A stretch of DNA of 42,617 bases from a virus, in the IMG/VR virus record IMGVR_UViG_3300035400_000018. One strand, given 5' to 3'. Positions 20,428 to 29,598 of the stretch are shown here, piece after piece. The notes below the pieces were generated by a model. That model did no database searches. It worked only from the letters and a program-made list of their open reading frames with translations, and was not told the DNA's origin. A program made the translations under genes and the position numbers. Position 1 is the first letter of the stretch. Every line of letters starts with the position of its first letter.

Positions 20428-20764
20428 GGCACCCAACGACATGGACAGCATCCCCCCGAGACTCGGGGCAGTGGAGCAGGAAGTGCACACTCTCCGCCAC
20501 CGCGTAAACGCCCTGGACTCCGAGCGCCTCCCTCACCGGGTGGGCAACCTGGAGGCCAGCATTCAAGACCTGAACGTGATCCGCCAGGACACCACCCAGA
20601 TGAAGGTCGTCCTGGCCAAGATGAATTCGTTTGTGCGCGGGGCGGTGTGGATCCTGGGCGGCTTGGTGACCATAGCCACCCTGCTGATCGCCCTGGCCGG
20701 CGTCATGCCCAAGATGGACGCCATCATCATCGAGAAGAACGCGCCGGCACAGACGGACCAGTAA
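20417..20764 (+). CDS. Membrane-anchored coiled-coil protein (115 aa), XhlA-like architecture
   Basis: Heptad-like VEQEVHTLRHRVNALDSERLPHRVGNLEASIQDLN, then a TM helix AVWILGGLVTIATLLIALAGV. Last gene of the lysis block. Confidence 0.5.
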   Translation: MTHEAPNDMDSIPPRLGAVEQEVHTLRHRVNALDSERLPHRVGNLEASIQDLNVIRQDTTQMKVVLAKMNSFVRGAVWILGGLVTIATLLIALAGVMPKMDAIIIEKNAPAQTDQ

Positions 20765-20828
20765 AGCCAACCCGGGCGGTGCCCGGCAACGAGTAACTGG
20801 GCGGGGCCCAGGATAGGAGGACTCAGCG

Positions 20829-21338
20829 GTGCTGACTCCGAAACAGCAAACATTCGTAGAGGAATACCTCAAAGACCTGAATGCGACCCAGGCGGCCATA
20901 AGAGCCGGGTATAGCCCGAAGTCGGCCTATTCGACCGGCGAGCGGCTGCTGAGGAATGCTGAAGTTGAGGCGGCTGTAAAGCAGGGCAAGCGTGAGCGCT
21001 CGGAGCGCACCAAGGTAGACGCTGACTATGTGCTTACGCGCCTGCACGATATTGACCAGCTGGACGTGGCCGACATCCTCGATGACACGGGCAACTTTAA
21101 GCCAATCTCCCAATGGCCAAAGGTCTGGCGCCAGTCAATCACCGGCGTGGACATTCAGGAGATCATGTCCGGGGATGTGGAGACCGTTGTCCGGAAGATC
21201 AAATGGCCGGACAAGCTCAAAACAATCGAGCTGCTCGGTAAGCATGTCGACGTGAAGGCGTTCGAGGCCGAGAAAGAGAGCGGGACCGAAGATCTCGCCG
21301 CGTCACTTAGCAAGCTGGCCGATAAGCTGCCGGGATGA
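20829..21338 (+). CDS. terS: Terminase small subunit (Terminase_2-type, 169 aa)
   Basis: Sequence LTPKQQTFVEEYLKDLNATQAAIRAGYSPKSAYSTGERLLRNAEV. GGAGG lies 8 nt before GTG 20829. Confidence 0.9.
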   Translation: MLTPKQQTFVEEYLKDLNATQAAIRAGYSPKSAYSTGERLLRNAEVEAAVKQGKRERSERTKVDADYVLTRLHDIDQLDVADILDDTGNFKPISQWPKVWRQSITGVDIQEIMSGDVETVVRKIKWPDKLKTIELLGKHVDVKAFEAEKESGTEDLAASLSKLADKLPG

Positions 21339-22642
21339 ACCCAGCGCTGGAGCGCCAGTACAAGCGCTGGTATCCCCTGAAGGACATACCGGAGCAGACG
21401 CGCCTTATCACAGAGGACGTCCGGTTTAAGGTCGTGCCTGCCGGCCGCCGTTCAGGGAAAACAGAGCGGGCAAAGCGATATTTAGCCAAACAGGCCATGC
21501 GCAACGCCGGTGAGCTCTACTTTCTGGCTGCTCCGACGCGCGACCAAGTGAAGAAAATCTTCTGGGATGACATTAAGGCGCTCACTCTGTCCTCGACTCA
21601 TCCCAGGGCGCCTAGTGAATCGGAACTGAAGATTTTCATGCCCAACGGCACCGAAATCCACCTGATCGGCCTGGATAAGCCTCAGCGCATCGAGGGTACG
21701 CCTTGGACTGGTGGCGTGATTGACGAAATCGCAGACGTTAAAGCTAAGGCCTGGGAGGCCAACATTCTCCCAGCCCTCAATACGGTGACTCCGGAGCGTC
21801 CTGATTATCGGGCGTGGTGCTGGCTTATCGGCGTACCTGACGGTCTCAACCACTACTACGAACTATACGAATACGCCCGCACGGCCAATGACCCGGAGTG
21901 GGCTGCGTATCACTGGAAAAGCGCAGAGATTCTGCCGCCGGACGTTATTCAGTCTGCCCGGCGGGTCATGTCACGAAAGCAGTACCTGCAGGAGTTCGAG
22001 GCCAGCTTTGAGACCGCCACAGGGCGGATCTACGAAGATTACGGGGTCGAGAACACCACCGAGGCGACGATCCAGCCTCATGAGCAGCTCTGCTGGATGC
22101 ACGATCAGAACTTCACGCCGCTTTCGTCTGCGGTCGGCGCTGTTCGAGGTGAAGATTTGTACCTGCTGGATGAAATCGTCCTTACCAGCGCCATAAGCCG
22201 ACAGTCGGCGCAAGAGTTTGTGGAGAAGTTTCGCGACCACAAGAACAAGCACGTTCTGATCTACGGCGACCCAGCAGGCCGAGCCGGAGAGAAGCACGGC
22301 CACAAATCGGACTATACCGAAATCGAGGACGTGCTCCGGCAGAACGGCTGGCAATTCACCAGAAAGGTAAAGAAGGCGGCCCCGGCCATTAAGGACCGTC
22401 AGAACGCTGTTCGTGCCAGGGTTCTGACCGCTTCCGGTGAACGCCATCTTTTTGTTAACCCGAATACCGCGCCCTGGTGCCACAAGGGCATGGCCACCGT
22501 TCAGCTCAAGGACGGTTCGACGTTCCAGGAAGATCAGCGGAACGACTACCAGCACATCACCACAGCCATTGGCTACATGGTTGATGTGGAGTGGCCAACC
22601 GAAGTGCAGGCCAGCGTCGGCCCCATCAAGTTCATGAGGTAA
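21335..22642 (+). CDS. terL: Terminase large subunit (435 aa)
   Basis: Walker A-like VVPAGRRSGKTE and Walker B-like GGVIDEIAD. Size and position after terS. Confidence 0.9.
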   Translation: MNPALERQYKRWYPLKDIPEQTRLITEDVRFKVVPAGRRSGKTERAKRYLAKQAMRNAGELYFLAAPTRDQVKKIFWDDIKALTLSSTHPRAPSESELKIFMPNGTEIHLIGLDKPQRIEGTPWTGGVIDEIADVKAKAWEANILPALNTVTPERPDYRAWCWLIGVPDGLNHYYELYEYARTANDPEWAAYHWKSAEILPPDVIQSARRVMSRKQYLQEFEASFETATGRIYEDYGVENTTEATIQPHEQLCWMHDQNFTPLSSAVGAVRGEDLYLLDEIVLTSAISRQSAQEFVEKFRDHKNKHVLIYGDPAGRAGEKHGHKSDYTEIEDVLRQNGWQFTRKVKKAAPAIKDRQNAVRARVLTASGERHLFVNPNTAPWCHKGMATVQLKDGSTFQEDQRNDYQHITTAIGYMVDVEWPTEVQASVGPIKFMR

Positions 22643-22646
22643 CAGA

Positions 22647-24011
22647 ATGCCCGTTGAAACGCTCCACCCTGACTACGAGCGCCATGAGAAGAAGGCGCGA
22701 CGGGTCCGGGATGCGGTCGAGGGCTCTGACGCCATCAAGGGCCGGGGCACTGTGTACCTGCGCAACCCTGATCCAAGCGACCCGGATCGGTATGCGGGCT
22801 ACAAGATGGGGGCTCTGTGGCTGGGCGTTACCAAGCGAACCCATGACGGCATGCTGGGCGCGGTGTTCCGCAAGAAGCCGGAGGCCGAGCTGCCCTCCGT
22901 GATCGAGTACATGCGCGATGACGCCGACGGCTCAGGCATGAGCCTGACTCAGTTCGCCCGTGGGGCGGTCTCGGACACGGCGGTAAACGGCATGCACGGC
23001 GTTCTGGTGGACTACCCGGAAGCCGAAGACGGCCTGACCAGGGAGCAAACCCAGGACCTGCAGGCCACTTTGCGCGCTTACCCTTCGCCGACCATCACCA
23101 ATTGGCGCCGTGACGGGGAGCAATTGGCCCTGGTGGTTCTCCTCGAGCACTACGACGAGCCGGTGGATGAGTTCCAGGTCAACCAGGAGAAGCAATACCG
23201 CGTCCTGAGCCTGGATGATCAGGGTTACTACGTTCAGCGCGTTTTCCGGCACAACGAGGAGGTGTCCCGCTCTGAGCCCCGCATGGCGAACGGTGAGCGC
23301 TGGCCGTTCATTCCGTTCCAGTTCATCGGCGCCGGCAACAACGACGAACACCCCGACAATCCGCTGCTGCTCGACATCGCAGACGTGAATATCGGCCATT
23401 ACCGCAACAGTGCGGACCTGGAAGAGGCGTCGTTCATCGTCGGCCAGCCCATGTTTCACGTCGATGTGGGCGACACCAGCACCCAGGAATGGAGCGACCT
23501 GAACCCCAACGGGGTGACCGTGGGCGCCCGCCGGGGCATCCAGACGAAGGGCGGCAAGGTCGAGCTGGTCCAGGCCGAAGAGCGAAACCTGCCCCTGAAG
23601 CTCATGGAGCAGAAAGAAGCCCAGATGCTCGCCATTGGCGCCAAGCTCATCGAGCAGCGCGGTGGCAATGAGCGGGAAGAGGCCGTGAAAGCCCGGACGG
23701 GCGCCGAGAACGCCAACCTGTCCACCCTGGCCGACAACGTGAGCGACGGTCTCGAGAATTGCCTGGAATGGGCGGCCCTGTTCATGACCAGCGCCGATGT
23801 GTTCGATGACATCAAGTTCCGGCTCAACCAGGAATTCTACGAGCAGGACGCCGACCCGCAGATGGTCATGGCGCGCATCCAGGAAGTGGACCGGGGCCTG
23901 ATCGCCAAAGCGGATTACCGGGCCTGGCGCCGCAAGACCGGCGGCATTGACCCCGACCGCACCGATGAAGAGATCGACGCGGAGGTCCAGACCGGGGGCC
24001 TTGAGCTTTGA
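22647..24011 (+). CDS. Portal protein (454 aa)
   Basis: Position after terL, and size. The N-terminal region resembles DUF4055-type portals as recalled. Confidence 0.8.
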   Translation: MPVETLHPDYERHEKKARRVRDAVEGSDAIKGRGTVYLRNPDPSDPDRYAGYKMGALWLGVTKRTHDGMLGAVFRKKPEAELPSVIEYMRDDADGSGMSLTQFARGAVSDTAVNGMHGVLVDYPEAEDGLTREQTQDLQATLRAYPSPTITNWRRDGEQLALVVLLEHYDEPVDEFQVNQEKQYRVLSLDDQGYYVQRVFRHNEEVSRSEPRMANGERWPFIPFQFIGAGNNDEHPDNPLLLDIADVNIGHYRNSADLEEASFIVGQPMFHVDVGDTSTQEWSDLNPNGVTVGARRGIQTKGGKVELVQAEERNLPLKLMEQKEAQMLAIGAKLIEQRGGNEREEAVKARTGAENANLSTLADNVSDGLENCLEWAALFMTSADVFDDIKFRLNQEFYEQDADPQMVMARIQEVDRGLIAKADYRAWRRKTGGIDPDRTDEEIDAEVQTGGLEL

Positions 24012-25021
24012 CCTCGCACGGCAAGCTCCTTGAGGCCCTGATCCGGCACCAGATTTACATCCAGCAGTATGCCGGCGGCCAGGTTAAGCGGGCGCTGCCA
24101 ATTCTGCGACAGCTTGCCCGGGACTTGCGGGCCAGGATCGCCGCCGCTAGCGCCACAGAATTTCAGGCAGGGCGGATGGTGGCCCTGGAACGCGACCTGC
24201 GCGAGATCATCGTCCACGCCACGACCGGCATTCAGGGCGCCTTGGAGCTTGAGGATTTCGCCGAGCAGGAAGCCGGATTCGCGGCCAAGCTGCTGGCGTC
24301 TGGCGCCACGGTAGAGATTCGGCAGGGCTTCACCCCTGAGCAAATCCGGGCGATCACCACGCGCAGCAAGATGACGCTGCTGAGCGGGAAAGCCCAGAAG
24401 CGGCTCACCATCCGCCAGGCCTTTGACGACTTCGCCCAGGGCGTTGGTCGCGACAGCATGCGCGTGGTCCAGGCCGGCGTGCTGGAAGGCAAGACCACGG
24501 ATGCGATGGCCCGCGAGGTGTCGCAGCTGGTCCGCACCCGTTCCCGGCAGCAGGCCGAGGCGGTGATCCGCACGGCGACCAACCATATCGGCGCCACGGC
24601 GCGTGATGAGGTGTACCGGGCGAACGCCGACATTCTCGAGGGCGAGCGCTTCATGGCCACTCTCGACAGCCATACAACCATCACCTGCGCCGGACTGGAC
24701 CGCACCCTGCACCCGCTGGGTCAAGGGCCGCGCCCACCGCTTCACTACCGGTGCCGAAGCATACGGGTGCCGGAGGTGAAAGAGGAATACCGGCTCGGCG
24801 GCTTGGGCGAGCGCGCCAGCATGGATGGGCCGGTGGACAACCAGCTCACCTACGGCGGCTTTCTGCGGCGGCAGAGCAAGGAGTTTCAGGATGACGTGCT
24901 GGGGCCGCGCCGTGCGGCGCTGTTCCGCTCCGGCAAGGTCAAGATCAACCAATTCACCGATGACGCCGGCCGGGTGCTGACGCTCGATGAATTGGCGGCC
25001 CGAGAAGGGCTGACGCTGTAG
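24008..25021 (+). CDS. Head morphogenesis protein, Mu F / SPP1 gp7 family (337 aa)
   Basis: Sequence ATLDSHTTITCAGLDRT...PPLHYRCRS. TTG start overlaps the portal stop. Confidence 0.85.
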   Translation: MTSHGKLLEALIRHQIYIQQYAGGQVKRALPILRQLARDLRARIAAASATEFQAGRMVALERDLREIIVHATTGIQGALELEDFAEQEAGFAAKLLASGATVEIRQGFTPEQIRAITTRSKMTLLSGKAQKRLTIRQAFDDFAQGVGRDSMRVVQAGVLEGKTTDAMAREVSQLVRTRSRQQAEAVIRTATNHIGATARDEVYRANADILEGERFMATLDSHTTITCAGLDRTLHPLGQGPRPPLHYRCRSIRVPEVKEEYRLGGLGERASMDGPVDNQLTYGGFLRRQSKEFQDDVLGPRRAALFRSGKVKINQFTDDAGRVLTLDELAAREGLTL

Positions 25022-25038
25022 ATCAACACCAGATCACC

Positions 25039-25064
25039 AGGGTCGCTTCGGCGGCCCTTTTTTA
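25039..25064 (+). terminator. Intrinsic terminator
   Basis: AGGGTCGC-TTCG-GCGGCCCT followed by TTTTTT. Confidence 0.6.
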
Positions 25065-25106
25065 TGCCCGCGGGGCGGGCGAAACCAGCGAACGGGGTTC
25101 GTAGAC

Positions 25107-25808
25107 ATGGCACTGAAATTCGAGATCACCAAGGAAGAGTTTGAGGCGCTGGAAGAGGGTCAGCAGGCCCTGTACAGCGAGCACGGCGACGGTTACCGCC
25201 TCCAGGTGGAAGGCATTGACCCTGCCGACGAGCTCAAAGAGGCCCTGCGCAAGGAGCGCGAAGAGCGGGCCGAGGCGAAGCGCAAGCTTCAGGAATTCGA
25301 GAGCGAGGCGGAGAAGCGCGAGCGGGAACGCCTCGAGAAGCAGCAGGAATGGGAGCAGCTCTCCAAGACGGAGCGCGAGCGAGCCGAAAAGCTCGACAAA
25401 GAGCTGGCGGAGTTGCGCGACAAGGTCGCCAACAGCGAGCGCACCGCCACTGCTGAGGGCATTGTGGCCGGCCTCATCGACAAAGAGGCAACCGGTGGCG
25501 TGCAGCGCTACGGCCTGCTGAAGAAAGAGGCCATGCAGTTCATTGCCCACACCCCGGAAGGGGTAAAGATCAACGGCCCGGACGGCGAGGCGTGGGACGC
25601 CAAGCAGTTGGGTAAGTATCTGACCGAGCAATACCCGTTCCTTGTGGACGGCAGCAAAGCGTCAGGGGGCGGGGCTCCCGGCGGGAAAGGCGGCGGGGCC
25701 GTCACGAAGAAGTTTTCTGAGCATACAGGCGCAGAGCTGAAGGCCCTGAAAGAACAGGACCCGGAAGCTTACAAGCGCCTCCGTGACGAACACCACCAAC
25801 AGAGGTAA
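25107..25808 (+). CDS. Scaffolding protein (233 aa)
   Basis: Highly charged coiled-coil (E/K/R-rich) protein immediately upstream of the major capsid gene. Confidence 0.7.
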   Translation: MALKFEITKEEFEALEEGQQALYSEHGDGYRLQVEGIDPADELKEALRKEREERAEAKRKLQEFESEAEKRERERLEKQQEWEQLSKTERERAEKLDKELAELRDKVANSERTATAEGIVAGLIDKEATGGVQRYGLLKKEAMQFIAHTPEGVKINGPDGEAWDAKQLGKYLTEQYPFLVDGSKASGGGAPGGKGGGAVTKKFSEHTGAELKALKEQDPEAYKRLRDEHHQQR

Positions 25809-25814
25809 TCAATC

Positions 25815-26825
25815 ATGGCGACTACCCGCCTTTCCGACATCATCGACGTGGAGATCTTCCAAGACCTCCCGCAAGTGAACGGTCCCGAAAAGACCGCGTT
25901 CTTCCAGTCCGGCATCGTTACCCGTAACGCCATGCTGGACACCATGGCCTCCCAGCCGGGCAAGCTGATCGAGCTGCCGTACTGGAACGACCTGGACGGC
26001 GCTGACGAGGTCAACTACAGCTCCGATAACCCGGCCTCCGACGCCACCCCGTCCAAGATCGACCAGGGCGAACAGATCGCCCGCAAGGCGTTCGTGAACA
26101 AGGGCTGGTCAACCGCCAACCTCGCTTCCGAGCTGGCCATGGGTGGCACTGCGATGGATGCCATTCGCGCCAAGACCGACATGTACTTCCAGCGCCAGTG
26201 GCAGCGCCGGCTGATCGCTGCGGTTAAGGGCGTGATGGCCGACAACGTGGCCAACAACGACGGCGACATGGTCTACGACATCGCCGCCGAGGCCGTCGCC
26301 GACCAGGGCGCCGACACTCGCTTCAGCCGCGATGCCTTCATCGAGGCCGCCTACACCATGGGCGACCAGGTGGACGGCGTGACCGCTATCGCCGTGCATT
26401 CCATGGTGGCGAAGCAGATCACCAAGCTGAACGACGCCGAGGACGTGCGCGATTCCGAGGGCAACCTGCTGTACCGCGCGTACATGGGCCGCCGGATCAT
26501 CGTCGACGACTCCCTGCCCGCCGTGGCCGGCACCACCGATGGCGTGAAGTACACCTCGGTGCTGTTCGGCCCGGGCATCTTCGGCTACGGCGAAGGCTCC
26601 CCGCTGAACCCGGTGGCGCTGGATGAAGACGAATCCGCCGCCGATGGTGCTGGCGTGGAAGAGCTGTGGCTGCGCAAAACGTGGCTGCTGCACCCGTTCG
26701 GCTTCCAGCAGACCGGCACCCCGTCCGGCAACAGCTTCACCCAGGCCGAGTTGGCTACCGCTGCCGTTTGGAGCCGCGTGCTCGAGCGCAAGCTGGTGCC
26801 GATGGCGTTCTTAACGACCAATTAG
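25815..26825 (+). CDS. Major capsid protein (336 aa)
   Basis: Position after the scaffold, and size. The N-terminus MATTRLSDIIDVEIFQDL is typical of capsid proteins of this module as recalled. Confidence 0.8.
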   Translation: MATTRLSDIIDVEIFQDLPQVNGPEKTAFFQSGIVTRNAMLDTMASQPGKLIELPYWNDLDGADEVNYSSDNPASDATPSKIDQGEQIARKAFVNKGWSTANLASELAMGGTAMDAIRAKTDMYFQRQWQRRLIAAVKGVMADNVANNDGDMVYDIAAEAVADQGADTRFSRDAFIEAAYTMGDQVDGVTAIAVHSMVAKQITKLNDAEDVRDSEGNLLYRAYMGRRIIVDDSLPAVAGTTDGVKYTSVLFGPGIFGYGEGSPLNPVALDEDESAADGAGVEELWLRKTWLLHPFGFQQTGTPSGNSFTQAELATAAVWSRVLERKLVPMAFLTTN

Positions 26826-26893
26826 GGAACAGTTGGGAACGACAACAAGCTTTCGGTATACTGTCTCCTGAGATCACATCAACGGAGGCAGTC

Positions 26894-27688
26894 ATGCCTA
26901 AGGTTCAGGTCGGAGGTCGATTTGGGTCACTGGTGGTCATGAGCCTGTATGTGGGTGCCAGAAAGACCGGCGCTGTTCGCCGCATGGCCCTGTGTCGCTG
27001 CGATTGCGGCGGCGATGCGGATGTCGAGAAGTACAACCTATCGAGCGGCAACACAACGCAGTGCAATGCCTGCGCCACAGAGTCCCGAGCCCTAAAGCGC
27101 AGGAGGCACGGGCATTCTCACAATGCTGAAGGTCGCTCCCAAATCGAAGCCAAGTGCTATTACACATGGCAGGCCATGAAGCAGCGATGCCTGAATCCGG
27201 GTGACGCTAGATTTAAAGACTATGGCGGACGGGGTGTGCGGGTATGCGGCCGGTGGAGGGCATCGTATACAGCATTCTTGTCCGACATGGGTCTGCCGCC
27301 GTCAATGAGTCACCAGATTGATCGTAGCGACAACGACGGAAATTACGAACCGTCTAACTGCGCCTGGGTGGACCGGGAAGAAAACAACCGAAATAAACGG
27401 AACAGCCGCAACATCACTGCGCACGGCAAGACGCAGACGCTAGTGGAGTGGGCTGCGGAGGTTGGCGTCAAAAGAGAGACTATCGCCCGGCGCATGCAGA
27501 GGGGAATGTCCCCGGAAGAAGCGCTCAACCCTAAGATGCGCAAGCCGGGCAGGCCGCGACCGGTAACCTGCCCCGCTGGAACGTTCGATAGCATCTCCGG
27601 GTGCGCCCGAGCGGTTAACCTGAGCACTTCAGCAGTATTCGGGCGCATTCACTCGTCTTCATATCCAGATTGGCGATACACGGCATAG
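26894..27688 (+). CDS. HNH-like homing endonuclease family protein (264 aa) inserted after the capsid gene
   Basis: Sequence YYTWQAMKQRCLNPGDARFKDYGGRGVRVCGRWR...IDRSDNDGNYEPSNCAWVDREENNRN. GGAGG lies before ATG 26894. The upstream part of ORF 26666 was rejected. Confidence 0.6.
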   Translation: MPKVQVGGRFGSLVVMSLYVGARKTGAVRRMALCRCDCGGDADVEKYNLSSGNTTQCNACATESRALKRRRHGHSHNAEGRSQIEAKCYYTWQAMKQRCLNPGDARFKDYGGRGVRVCGRWRASYTAFLSDMGLPPSMSHQIDRSDNDGNYEPSNCAWVDREENNRNKRNSRNITAHGKTQTLVEWAAEVGVKRETIARRMQRGMSPEEALNPKMRKPGRPRPVTCPAGTFDSISGCARAVNLSTSAVFGRIHSSSYPDWRYTA

Positions 27689-27708
27689 CCGCTCGCTTCG
27701 CCAAACAC

Positions 27709-27735
27709 GACCCGCCGCTGAGCGGGTCTTTTTTT
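27709..27735 (+). terminator. Intrinsic terminator
   Basis: GACCCGC-CGCTGA-GCGGGTC followed by TTTTTTT. Confidence 0.7.
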
Positions 27736-27746
27736 AGGAGGCAATC

Positions 27747-27944
27747 ATGGCTGAGGAAAACGAAGTAAAGGCTGAGGGGAAGCCCAAAGCCGAGCCAAAA
27801 GCGAACAAAGACGGCTTGACCCCCGGCGCCCCGGTGGACATCGAGACCGCCCTGCGCCTGGAGCGCAGGCACGCTGCTGAGCGCGCCAAAACGGCGGCCA
27901 AGCCGGCGGCAAAAGCCAAAACGGCGGCCAAGCCGAAGGAATAA
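27747..27944 (+). CDS. Small Lys/Ala-rich protein (65 aa)
   Basis: TAGGAGG lies before ATG 27747. Low-complexity AKPAAKAKTAAKPKE tail. Confidence 0.5.
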   Translation: MAEENEVKAEGKPKAEPKANKDGLTPGAPVDIETALRLERRHAAERAKTAAKPAAKAKTAAKPKE

Positions 27945-27947
27945 CCG

Positions 27948-28325
27948 ATGACCGATTACATCACCATCGCGGACGTGGACCAGATTCTGGGCGTTGACTG
28001 GGCAGATGAGGCCGAGAAAGCCCCCGCCGTGCTCCAAGCCAATGCCTGGATGACGGCCCGCTCCGTGGTGGCGGGTGATCCGGTAGAGGACGCCATTAAG
28101 ACCGCCGGGGCTTACCTGGCGCAAGAGGCGGCCGCCGGCAACCTGTACGCCGACACTCAGGGCGACATCAAACGCACCCGGGTGAAGGCGGATACGGTGG
28201 AATCGGAAACGGAGTACCAAGACGGGGCCCGGGCTCGCTCGGGCAACCTGTCCTTTGTCTTTGACCTGCTCCGGCCGTATTTCCCGGTCGGTGGCGGGTC
28301 CACATTCCCGGTGCGGAGGGCCTGA
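27948..28325 (+). CDS. Putative head-tail connector (gp6-like, 125 aa)
   Basis: Position and size. Start MTDYITIADVDQILGV is typical of this class as recalled. Confidence 0.55.
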   Translation: MTDYITIADVDQILGVDWADEAEKAPAVLQANAWMTARSVVAGDPVEDAIKTAGAYLAQEAAAGNLYADTQGDIKRTRVKADTVESETEYQDGARARSGNLSFVFDLLRPYFPVGGGSTFPVRRA

Positions 28326-28678
28326 TGGGTCTTCGTGCTGACGTTCAAACAGGCATCGCCGCGGCGTTTGACGGCGCCCTGTCCGACGCCGTGGAGGAAT
28401 TCACCCTCACGCGGGTGACTGGCACCGATTACGACCCGCTGACCGGCGAGGAGACCCAGACCACCGAGACGTTCCAGGGTCGCGGCGTGTTCGGGGGCTT
28501 CAAGACCGAGCAGGTCGACAACGAGCACATCCTGGCCACCGACGAAAAGCTGACCGTGCTGCAAAGCGAGATCGGCACTGATCCAGTGATCGGCGACGAC
28601 ATCGGCGGCAAGCGGGCCATGAATACGTGGCAAGACCCTGCGTCTGTCGCCTGGATCGTCCAACTGAGGGACGCATGA
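28325..28678 (+). CDS. Putative head-closure / head-tail adaptor protein (117 aa)
   Basis: Position in the connector block. Coupled to its neighbours. Confidence 0.5.
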   Translation: MGLRADVQTGIAAAFDGALSDAVEEFTLTRVTGTDYDPLTGEETQTTETFQGRGVFGGFKTEQVDNEHILATDEKLTVLQSEIGTDPVIGDDIGGKRAMNTWQDPASVAWIVQLRDA

Positions 28679-29073
28679 GCTTCGCGGCGGATGTGCAGAA
28701 ATTCAGCCGGATGGCCAGCCAGTCCCTGGAGAAGACCGCTCGAGCGGTGGAGATCCAAGTGTTCGCGGAGGTGATCAACCTGTCGCCCCGTCGCACCGGC
28801 CGGTTCGTCGGCAACTGGCAAATCTCCCAGGGCGCCCCGACCGACGGCGAGCTGGCCCGAGAGATCGAGAAGCAGCAGGCCGTCAACGAGATGAACGAAG
28901 TCGTGGCCGCCCTCAAAGGCGGCGGCGTGACGTTCATGGCCAACAACCTGCCTTACGCGCATCGCCTGGAGTTCGAAGGCTGGTCCAGGCAGGCCCCGGA
29001 GGGCATGGTCCGCCGGACCGTGGCCCGGTTTAACCAGATCGCCGACGAAGCCGCGAAGAAGAACCGCGTATGA
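28675..29073 (+). CDS. HK97 gp10-like tail-component protein (132 aa)
   Basis: Sequences SPRRTGRFVGNW and NNLPYAHRLEFEGWSRQAPEGMV. ATGA overlap at 28675. Confidence 0.7.
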   Translation: MSFAADVQKFSRMASQSLEKTARAVEIQVFAEVINLSPRRTGRFVGNWQISQGAPTDGELAREIEKQQAVNEMNEVVAALKGGGVTFMANNLPYAHRLEFEGWSRQAPEGMVRRTVARFNQIADEAAKKNRV

Positions 29074-29534
29074 GAAACCTTGATATTCGCAATGCGCTGG
29101 TCCTGAGCTGGCTGGATGGCGATTTCGGACTGACCACGGCGCTCCCGAACAAGGATTTCACCCCCGGCACGGACCCGTGGGCGGCGCTGTTCGTGGTGCC
29201 CAGCCAGCCCGGCGTGGCCACGCTCGGGGATCAGGGTCAGGACCGGCACGACGGGTTTCTGCAGATCGACCTGAATCACCCCCTCAATAGCGGGGACATC
29301 CCGGCCATCACCCTGGCCGACCAGATCGCCAACCGCTACAAGGCCGGCACACGCTTCGACGCCCCGGCCCTGTCCGAGACCCTGATCGCCGATTTCCAGG
29401 CCCAGGAATTCCTGGTCTGGGACCCGCTCAAGGTCTTGATCCGCTCCTGCGGGTACGAGCAGCCGCGGCGAGTGGAGAACTGGTCCCGAACGACGATGAC
29501 GATTTTCTACAGCGCCTGGATCAGCCGGGCGTAA
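29070..29534 (+). CDS. Putative tail terminator / completion protein (DUF4128-like, 154 aa)
   Basis: Sequence ALPNKDFTPGTDPWAALFVVP...GFLQIDLNHP, plus position before the tail tube gene. Confidence 0.55.
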   Translation: MRNLDIRNALVLSWLDGDFGLTTALPNKDFTPGTDPWAALFVVPSQPGVATLGDQGQDRHDGFLQIDLNHPLNSGDIPAITLADQIANRYKAGTRFDAPALSETLIADFQAQEFLVWDPLKVLIRSCGYEQPRRVENWSRTTMTIFYSAWISRA

Positions 29535-29554
29535 AACCAACCCCTTTCCTATCG

Positions 29555-29578
29555 GCCCGCCTTGAGCGGGCTTTTTTT
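29555..29578 (+). terminator. Intrinsic terminator
   Basis: GCCCGC-CTTGA-GCGGGC followed by TTTTTTT. Confidence 0.7.
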
Positions 29579-29598
29579 GTATCTGACGGAGGTTCGTT

